Assembly: GCA_951406725.2 (NCBI GenBank)
Contig: OX597829.1
Coordinates: 15,252,001 to 15,316,000 of the forward strand
DNA from: Octopus vulgaris
Lineage: Eukaryota
DNA length: 64,000 nt
Reading direction: 5' to 3'
In this document: piece after piece, positions 55,019-64,000 of the stretch
Numbering within the stretch: position 1 is the stretch's first letter
Layout of the letters: each line of letters opens with the position of its first letter
Position numbers and translations under genes: made by a program
The notes under the pieces: model-generated
The model's database searches: none
Seen by the model: the letters and a program-made list of their open reading frames with translations, nothing else
What the model was told of the DNA's origin: nothing

Positions 55019-55361
55019 CAATGGTTGTCAACCGGGGTCCATGTAAGATTTGGGGTGGGTGAGTCCATGCAACGAAATAGTAAACTGGAGATGCACAATA
55101 GTATTTTAAGGGTCCCTGAAAATTGATTTTGCTCGTTTTAGATTTATGTATTGGTATATATTGCAAGAAACTGCCCGGTTTCTTCCTTTAACATTCTACA
55201 TAGTTCAAACTACTCAAGTTAATGTAGAAAAAAACAAAATAGGAATTCTGAAAGAATTATCCATAAAACTAGTTTTTAAACATCGAATTGCTACGGGGGG
55301 ATGTACCGGAATAAAATAGCAATCAAAGTGGTCCACAAATAAAATTGGTTGAGAACTCCTG
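55019..55361. mobile_element. hAT (Charlie-like) MITE
   Basis: TIRs caatggttgtcaacc and ggttgagaactcctg; 8-bp gtttaaaa flanks (right boundary ambiguous by 1 nt); subterminal ggtcc motifs. Confidence 0.75.
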
Positions 55362-55705
55362 TTTAAAATGATAGGCTTAACACAATTGACTCAAATATTC
55401 ATTGAAATAAGTATAAATAACTATAAGCGGACTTCCTTGGAAACTGTTTACCACTATTTTTGTTTCGTTATGTAGTACTCTACATTTTGAGACACTTGTA
55501 ACCTGTATTTTCATAGGAAAATCTGGAAAAGATATCATGCATAAATCGGATTTGCTCTGCTTTAATTTTCCTTTTTTTTCTTTTTTTTTCGGGATTTTCA
55601 TTGTGATGACAAAAATGAAGAGGTGGAAGTACGAAATTTTTCTCTAAAAATGCGTATTACAAGTGTTTCAAAACGTAGAATTCTATAACATTGAATATAC
55701 ATTAA

Positions 55706-55741
<36 letters not shown>

Positions 55742-55908
55742 TGAGTGTGTTAAATTATATGGCACAAAAAGAAAATGACTCTCACCAGACACAACAGAAT
55801 ATGCTTCAACACACGAACTCATATAAAGAATGTTGCAAACCAAATCCAAAAAGGAAATATATGTATATTCTGTTGTGTTTGGGAGGAGTCAAAAACGATA
55901 TATATATA

Positions 55909-56100
55909 TAGGGAGAGTTTACGAAAAAAAAAACAAAAGACGAAGACAGATGGTGTACAAAACAAACAGATGTATTAGTATAACGCTCAGGAATTGAAAA
56001 AAGTCTTTTACGTTTCGAGCCTATGCTCTTCTACAGAAAGGGACACAGAAAAAACAAGGAGAGAAAAACATGTGTGTAGTGGCTAACGATCTATCATGGC
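55909..56100 (-). mobile_element. Second copy of the 13395-13592 repeat
   Basis: Reverse-complement match; begins at (TA)n then GGGAGAG. Confidence 0.75.
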
Positions 56101-56117
56101 GACTGATATATCTATAC

Positions 56118-56676
56118 TTAGATGAGTTGAAATAGGTTTGTCACACATTTCAACTGCTAAAAGGCAAATACAATGCAGTTACCGTGAACAAAAATCTCTC
56201 TTATGGTAAAAAGATCTGAAAACATCCGGTTTGTCGCCATCTATAAGGATTCCCAAACATCGATGTTTCGAGTTTTTGCATTGTTGTCAATGAGATGTAC
56301 CTAGGAGAGGCAACTCTGAAAGAGCTTGATATAAATCCTTTATATAAATCAGTCAACGTGTTGACTGATGTCCGCTACTTTGAGCTAGTGCTTCGATATT
56401 TACCTTGATCTACTAGCGCAAATCAATCAACGTGTTCACTGAATTATATATAAAGCTACAGCTTTACTTAAGTTCGTCTACAGTTGTCTCTCTTAGGTAC
56501 AAGAATCAAAATCTCGAAACATCGATGTCTTAGATTCTTGAGAGACGGCGACACTGAATGTACTGGGTGTTTTCACACCTTTCTAACATAAGAGAGATAT
56601 ATTCACCGTGGTAACTGCAGCGTATTTGCATTTTTGGCAGTTGAAATATGTGACAAACATATTTCAACTAAACTAA
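56118..56676. mobile_element. Foldback element (long inverted repeat of about 560 bp)
   Basis: Arms align over most of their length, e.g. agttgaaataggtttgtcacacatttcaactgc with gcagttgaaatatgtgacaaacatatttcaact, aaacatcgatgtttcgag with ctcgaaacatcgatgt, and gtacctaggagaggcaact with agttgtctctcttaggtac. Confidence 0.85.
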
Positions 56677-56677
56677 A

Positions 56678-57163
56678 TTCTGCTCATACGTAAGCACTGC
56701 TTTGCATCAATGCTTCGTCATATACGCGCCCGCGCGCGTGTGTGTTCACAAAATTTCTTTGGAGTTAATTTGCAACTTCAAGGAAATTAAGATAAACCTC
56801 ATGAAGGTAATATTAGCCATCTCCACGTTTCTTCTCAAGTTACACTTATTCAAATGTAATATAAGCCGTCATGAGCTGTTCCAGTATCGGAGCCTCTCTT
56901 AATTGGAGAAACGAAAGCGCATACCAGAAGATGACATTCAAGTGTATAATTCACACTAGATGAGGTGCACAGAGATATGTCTGGCAGACATTAGGATGTT
57001 TATTTTTGCTTATAATACATAGATGTCAGCAATGAGGAAACCAAAGAAGTAGAGGAAGAAACGGTTTCACTTTAAAATGACATTAAGCTGAGACAAGATT
57101 TCAAAACTTGATGTCAGGATTTTTTGTTGCAAAAGGACATAGCCCACTGCTACTCTGCACTGC

Positions 57164-57241
<78 letters not shown>

Positions 57242-57288
57242 TATATGACGAAGCATTGGTGCAAAGCAGTGCTTAGGTATGAGCAGAA
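56678..57288. mobile_element. Segment bounded by inverted repeats of about 50 bp (MITE-like)
   Basis: ttctgctcatacgtaagcactgctttgcatcaatgcttcgtcatatac pairs with gtatatgacgaagcattggtgcaaagcagtgcttaggtatgagcagaa. Confidence 0.7.
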
Positions 57289-57353
57289 ACATTAGCGCGC
57301 CGGGCGAAATGCGTAGCCGTATTTCGTCTGCCGTTACGTTCTGAGTTCAAATT
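57283..57353 (+). mobile_element. SINE family A head fragment
   Basis: gcagaaacattagcgcgccgggcgaaatg...gagttcaaattc. Confidence 0.85.
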
Positions 57354-58104
57354 CGCAAGGAAACAGTCTGAAAATAACTGAACGCGTGTATCTAAGACTA
57401 GTTTTCAGTACCTTTCCACTTGACGTTGTGAATATATTATTCCTGCACAATGGTCATCCATAACAGGAAATGAAATGAAAATAAAAACAACATAATTACA
57501 GGTGATATGTAAATTTTTTCTTTCATGTGGTAAAAACAGCAAAATAATGGTTTAATTAGTTAAGTTCTTTTGTGAAATACAGTTATTTTTAATTTGCTGT
57601 AGAAAGAGACCTGTGTTTACGATGATGTGGGAATGTGTGAAGGGACGCTAGAAATGTGGTCTGGCAGTCAGAAAAAAGTTTAAGAACCAATGGATAACAC
57701 CCTAAAAACAGATTTTTGTTTTGTTTTCGTTCCTATTGAAACTGGGTTAACATATATTATTAATCAACTCCACATTTCAGGTTGCCTATTAACAGAGCTA
57801 CGACACCCGAAGCAAAGATGTTTTCTCTTCCATTATACTCGCCGGCTCTTTCTCTACGCAATTTTCACTTCTTTTTCCCTTGAAACCCTACTTGCGAATA
57901 TATTCGTAAAGCTCTGTACCTCTCTTTCAAATTAAATAAAGGTGTTCATGATCCCTTAATTAGAAGCCATGTTTCATCCTGAAATAGAGATATATCACCA
58001 TTAAATACTCCTTTTCTTCACTATGCCTGTCACTTCATCTCCAATAATTCGCCCATAACTCTCCGTAACATTCACGACTCTCATACATTGCATCCAATAT
58101 GTAT

Positions 58105-58440
58105 GTAGTTTGTCCGTCGATACGACGGAGAACATCTAGTCATCCTGGGGTGGAGGTTGGCTTGTTTTGTGAGTCCACAGATGGCTAGTGAGGCCAGTCT
58201 GCGTCCGAAAGAGTCTTTGACAGTGTGAACAGGGAATGGTAGCACCTGCTACAGGGTTGTTAGCTCTGTTCTTCCTGGCTTGTCTGTAGTCTTTTGCAGC
58301 AGCGATCCTATTGGTCTCGCATGTGTTGGCACCTTTGTAGACAGCTGATCGCCACCCTTCTCTGTCTAGAGCTGATTGCTCTCAAGTGTCATGGTCGATG
58401 TTGGAGGCTTTCAGTGAGGCTTTCAGTGTGTCTGACTATT
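58105..58440 (-). mobile_element. RTE-clade LINE 3' end with C2H2 finger
   Basis: DTLKASLKASNIDHDT*EQSALDREGWRSAVYKG...CSHCQRLFRTQTGLTSHLWTH; 3' UTR stem-loop ccgtcg-tat-cgacgg. Confidence 0.85.
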
Positions 58441-59294
58441 CAGTCTTCAGCCTCGGGAGGGTCAAAGCGAAAACCAAGCATCCAATATAAACATTGTAAT
58501 ACATTGTATCTGATCAAAAATGCACGTTTATCAGGTGGCCACTTCAGCGAGAAACTCCATAAAGTTTGAAACACAAGCTCAAACAACCTCCAGGCTTGTA
58601 GCCAGATGCTTCACTTCATTAGGTTATATCTGCGCATAGAACTGCCATACAGCAACGCCAAGTCTTCACCTAGAAACACAAATAGTTCTTCCACAAACAT
58701 TAATAAACAACCCCGTTCATTGACGTCAGTCCTCACATGTATGCTCTCTTCATTATCCCCTGCCAGCTCTTAGTACTAACCTACCTTCACCAAATACATA
58801 ACTATATGTATCCACACATACATATACATTTACATATCTGTATTCGTGTGTGTGTGTGTGTGTGTAGGTGTAGGTACAGTATGGCCGAATGCTTAAGATG
58901 TTCATTTGTTAATAGGCGCTTCTGGGTTCAGTCTTCGCTGTGTGTGTTTGTGTGTGTGTTTGTGTGTGTGTGATTGTGTGTGTGTGTTTGTGTGTATGTG
59001 TGTGTGTGTATATACAGAGCGAGAGAGAGATATATACATATATACATACATATATTGTGTGGTGACGTAGTGACGCATGTATTTGTAGACGTATATTTTT
59101 TAAGGCATGTGTGCATGCATGTGAGTGTTGGTGTGTGTGTGTGTGTGTGTGTGTGTGATTTATTCACTTCTTTCAGGAAGAAATGATATTTTCTCTCTTA
59201 AGACTTTAAAGCTTGTTGCCTTTACAAAATTTGAAAAAAAATATAAACATGGTACATAATAACATGTGTAATCTATATAATGTTTTATTCATCA

Positions 59295-59335
59295 GCATAC
59301 GTACGTTTCGACCCACGGCGTTTCATCATCAGTGC
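59295..59335 (-). ncRNA. Minimal hammerhead ribozyme motif with degenerate stem II
   Basis: GCA-CTGATGA-TGAAACGCCGTGGGTC-GAAAC-GTAC-GTA-TGC. Confidence 0.6.
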
Positions 59336-60328
59336 AACTTCTCTTTATTGAGAAATTCATAGGAGATTTATAACATCTATATAACATATATATACATATA
59401 GGGAGAGAAAGGGAGAGAGTGTGAGAGAGAGAGGGAGAGAGAGCATGTTTGTATGTATCATTTGAAGTTATCAATCAGATAATAGTGTTCAGTTCAAAGT
59501 GTTGCAATTAATAGCCAAAGTTGTATGAAGTCAAAGAAATAAAAGTCAGATCAGGTGATGGTGGTAGCGGCGGTGAGCAAATATTACAAAAAAAAACATG
59601 TATATAATAACAATTTATAATGATATTTTTCTTTTCTTTTTTCTTTTTTTTTTTTTTGCAGTTATTGCCAAGAAGGGGGAAAAAAAGACAATTCGTCAAC
59701 ATATTTGACTTATGTTCGTAGCAGTGGAAATATAGCGTCGTTCATTTGCTTAGCTAAGGTCGAAAATCTTAGAAAGTGACTGGACCCTTGAAAAAAGGGA
59801 AAAAATCTCCATAGTAAAAATTAGAAGTACAATTTCCTCAGGAACGTACCCGATTATTATTTATTTATAGGCATTAAAGAAGATAAAATACCAGTGTAAC
59901 TGTTTGTTCATCTCCATCTCTGTCTGGTGTGATATTTGTATTTATAACTTCATATACACGTTTTATTAATAATTGCAGAACTAGTAATGGGAGATTGACA
60001 GAAGCATTTGAACCTCACAGAAGATAACTTCCAGTAATTCTTCAGGGTTTTATTTTTACATTCTGACTTCAGTGTTTTGTCTTTTAGCCGGTGGAAGTGG
60101 ATAAACTAAAGCAATAAAGTCGATTACAGGAGTCGATGGCACCGCGTAAGCATCCCACAGCCAACATACATAACTAGTGGACTTATGTTAAAATTAGAAA
60201 GCATTATTCATTACACGACTTTGAAATTATAGGCATAACAGCGTGTGTGTGTGTGTATGAACATGCTTGTGTACATGTGTATGTATGTTAATATATATGT
60301 GCTTTTCAGACAGTATGCATATATGTAA

Positions 60329-60395
<67 letters not shown>

Positions 60396-60522
60396 TATAC
60401 AGGCACGGATATATATATTTGGGTGTGTATGTATAGGAGTATGTTGAACTGAACAATAGTGTCTTATTGGTAACTTCAAGTGATACATAAAGCATACTAT
60501 AAAATATATATGTGTGTGTATG

Positions 60523-60556
<34 letters not shown>

Positions 60557-60559
60557 AGT

Positions 60560-60735
60560 GTGTGTGTATAATACACATACATGCATATATATGAGAGTGT
60601 GCGTATAATATACATGCATACATATATATGTGTGTGTGTGTATGTATATATATATGTCTGTGTGTGTATAATACACATACATACATATATATGAGAGTGT
60701 GTGTATAATATACATACATACATATATATATATAT
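60560..60735. repeat. Microsatellite-derived minisatellite, unit about 36 bp
   Basis: Repeated gtgtataatacacatacatacatatatatgagagt-like units. Confidence 0.7.
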
Positions 60736-60765
60736 GCATATGTATATGTCTGTGTGTGTGTGTGT

Positions 60766-60805
<40 letters not shown>

Positions 60806-61445
60806 ACGTACACCCATACACACGTTATATATAAGGTTATAAATTTATAAACTGCTAAAGAAAGAAAGATATACATAGATGAAGACATGTCATGGTTCGA
60901 AACTTACGTATGAAGATGAGCAATACATTAAATAGATTAAGCATGTAATAATTTTGCTCTATTACATTTCGCTTTTTAAGATCGCTAGCTACAAAAATCT
61001 TAAGAGAGAAACGAAATTATTGCTTCAGTAAAATGTTGAATTAACATCCGAAAAAAAAAACTGAAAGAGAATCCATTCCAGCATTGATCTCAGTTTTATT
61101 TCATACTCATGTGGTCTCGTGTAGGTTTTTTTAATTACTAGTATGTACAAACACACACATACACACATACATACACATACACATACTCACACACATACAT
61201 ACACATACTCACACACATACACACATACGCACACAAACACGCACATACACACATACAATCACCCACGTTTGCGTATTTCTCTGTCATAACCTCTTCTCTT
61301 CAACATTTTTTGCAGCAATTTTAGCGCCAGGTCTGCTCTAATTTAGCAAGCATTTGTTGAAAGACATTCCAGCTTTGACCATTCCGACATTGTTTTATTG
61401 TTTGTGAAAAAGCAACTGCAACATTAAATGATATATATTTTTCCC

Positions 61446-61669
61446 AGCTGGCAGAATCGTTAGCACGCCGGGCGAAATGCTCAGCGGTATTTCGTCTGCC
61501 GCTACGTTCTGAGTTCAAATTCCGCCGCGGTCGACTTTGCCTTTCATCCTTTCGGGGTCGACTAATTAAGTTCCAGTTACGCACTGGGGTCGATGTAATC
61601 GACTTAATCTGTTTGTCTGTCCTTGTTTGTCCTCTCTGTGTTTAGCCCCTCGTGGGTAGTAAAGAAATA
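61446..61669 (+). mobile_element. SINE family A
   Basis: Full body ending aaagaaata. Confidence 0.92.
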
Positions 61670-62175
61670 GATATAACTGCTGTTTGTAGCACATCGAATG
61701 AGGCTTACAGTTTGGCTCGTCTCAGCTTTCATCAAATCTTTTGATACATCCATCAATTCTCTTTCGACTAATTACACTTCTCATTCATTTTCCTCTCTTT
61801 ATTCCTTTTTCCCGTCTGTTTTTTACACACAAAAACACTTGCGCGCGCACATACGCAAAATGCGAGAGAGAAGTCTCAAGTCCTGCTAGGGTGTAAAGTT
61901 AGGGTAATTCCAGAGAAGCACTCGACCAGAAAACTGGGCTAACCAACACTGTCGGATCCCAAGCCAAAGAGGGAATTTCTCAAGTGTAGAAAATTCATGT
62001 TTCTCGACGATTAAACCATAAAGTGGGTTTGACGAGGAGTAAATAATCCAAATGATAAGTCAAAGAAAATTTTTTAAAAAACATCTTAAATAATTCGTTG
62101 CAAATAGAATTGGTACAGTAACAATTGTAACGAATCATTAAAAATGTGTTAAAGAATTTACTTTGCCTCCTTTTT

Positions 62176-62223
<48 letters not shown>

Positions 62224-62461
62224 TTCGTTTATGGATTTGGACAATAAAAATGAGAAAAAAGTTGAAATTTTACCGGTGAGTGTGTTATATTATGAGGCAC
62301 AACAGTATATATATATATATATATATATTCACTGTCGACCGGTGAATTCTCCTGCAGTTTTATATATGCTGTTCAGTATTTATGTGTTGAAAAAATATTA
62401 TCTTTCTACTTGTTCTATATACTTGTTCTATATATATATATATAGATATATATATATATAT

Positions 62462-62662
62462 ATAGGGAGATGTACCTGCATAGCAAGTGATTTGATCTGA
62501 GATCGTGTGCTTTAAACGAAAACAATTGCAGCGTGGAAGGTGTTTGTAAGCCATTTACGAAACACACAAAAGCCGTTCGATTCACTTCAACATCTAAGTT
62601 TAATTTGTCAAAATATTTTCGTCGCTTTAAGACCGCGACACTGACAAAAATCCGTGCTGCAT
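62462..62662. mobile_element. (TA)n-flanked element with hammerhead-like three-way fold
   Basis: Starts at TA then GGGAG; minus strand TTTGTCA..GTCGC/GCGAC-GAAA-ATAT..TGACAAA. Confidence 0.45.
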
Positions 62663-62666
62663 ATAT

Positions 62667-62800
<134 letters not shown>

Positions 62801-63082
62801 ATGTATATATCTGTGAGTGGCAAACGAAAGAAGGGCAGTCAACACATTTATGGGTAGTTATACGTATGGATCAGAACAGTTTGATCCGAATTCCGTGCTA
62901 CGTGACGTTTCAAAGCCTCTAACGAAGCTTTTCCTCAAGCCATTGAAATTCGAATTTCAGTATAAAACGTTACAAGTTATTTTCTATTCTACTGTTGGAT
63001 TATTGATGTGGTCTTATTCCATTGCTGGAATTACATTTGTATTTATTACTGTATTTATGTTTACTTATGTTTATTTGTCCTC

Positions 63083-63491
63083 TTACTCTTTTACTTGCTT
63101 CAGTCATTTGAATGTGGCCATGCTGGAGCACCGCATTTAGTCGAGCAAATCGACCCCAGGACTTATTCTTTGTAAGCTTAGTACTTATTCTATCGGTCTC
63201 TTTTGCCGAACCGCTAAGTTACGGGGACGTAAACACACCAGCATCAGTTGTCAAGCGATGTTGGGGGGACAAACACAGATACACAAACATATACACACAC
63301 ACACATATATATGTATATATACATATATACGACGGGCTTCTTTCAGTTTCCGTCGACCAAATCCACTCACAAGGCTTTGGTCGGCTCGATGCTATAGTAG
63401 AAAACACTTGCCCAAGATGCCACGCAGTGGGACTGAACCCAGAACCATGAGGTTGGTAAGCAAGCTACTTACCACACAGCCACTCCTACGC
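63083..63491 (-). mobile_element. SINE family B, full length
   Basis: Complete head, CORE-like block and tail. Confidence 0.93.
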
Positions 63492-63676
63492 TCTTCTTAC
63501 TGAAATTTGTTGTTATCCAATCTCAACTTATCTCCTGTCAAACAAATCTAACATCGCTACCGTTCTTGCTATCGACCTCCCGTCTATTTTTAAATATTTT
63601 GGAAGTAGTTCCAGTATAACACTTCGTTGAGTAACTGCATAGAGGCAGCGTCAATGATCCATGAATATTAGCTTAC

Positions 63677-63731
63677 TTTCATTGTTGATGAAGTTGCCGA
63701 CATCTTCATCCTCGACGTCGTTGTCCGCCAT
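63677..63731 (-). CDS. Candidate first coding exon of an unidentified host gene (MADNDVEDEDVGNFINNE)
   Basis: AAAATGG start context, 55 nt of CpG-containing acidic coding-like sequence, and a strong GTAAGC donor (phase 1). Confidence 0.5.
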
Positions 63732-64000
63732 TTTTGTCTTGCATGATTAAACATATGTAAAGATATGAGATTCACCAGTAGCGATCACCCCATCGTTTAT
63801 TGAATCCCTATTATTTGACATGTTCTTTCAATTTAATGACAGTAGAGTTTGATGCGTTGCCATTTCTAGCATGCTGAATGAAAACCTAGTTGATCACCTG
63901 TTGGTTCCCTTTTGTTCGTTCTTATGTACCGTAGAGAAGCGTAAAGTGGCACAAAGTGAATTAGAAGACTATAAAGCGATGTTATGGATAGCTATCTTTT

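Overview
AT-rich, microsatellite-dense eukaryotic DNA, intronic or intergenic, with no complete host gene. The SINE families and the (TA)n/(CA)n density resemble an Octopus (coleoid cephalopod) genome; this is inferred from recalled repeat families, not from a database search. Nearly all ORFs in the track are translations of microsatellites. The window contains: four tRNA-derived SINE families (about 30 copies, several with TSDs); decayed RTE and CR1/L2 LINE fragments; one near full-length but dead IR/DR Tc1 (DD34E) transposon; an internally deleted mariner; a mariner-derived MITE family; a hAT MITE; and several foldback or palindromic elements. The most notable signal is a set of minimal type-I hammerhead ribozyme motifs in short Penelope-like fragments at (TA)n tracts. 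One has an intact core (30532-30618, minus strand) and several are decayed or variant. Two phase-compatible candidate exons suggest a minus-strand host gene starting near 63731.
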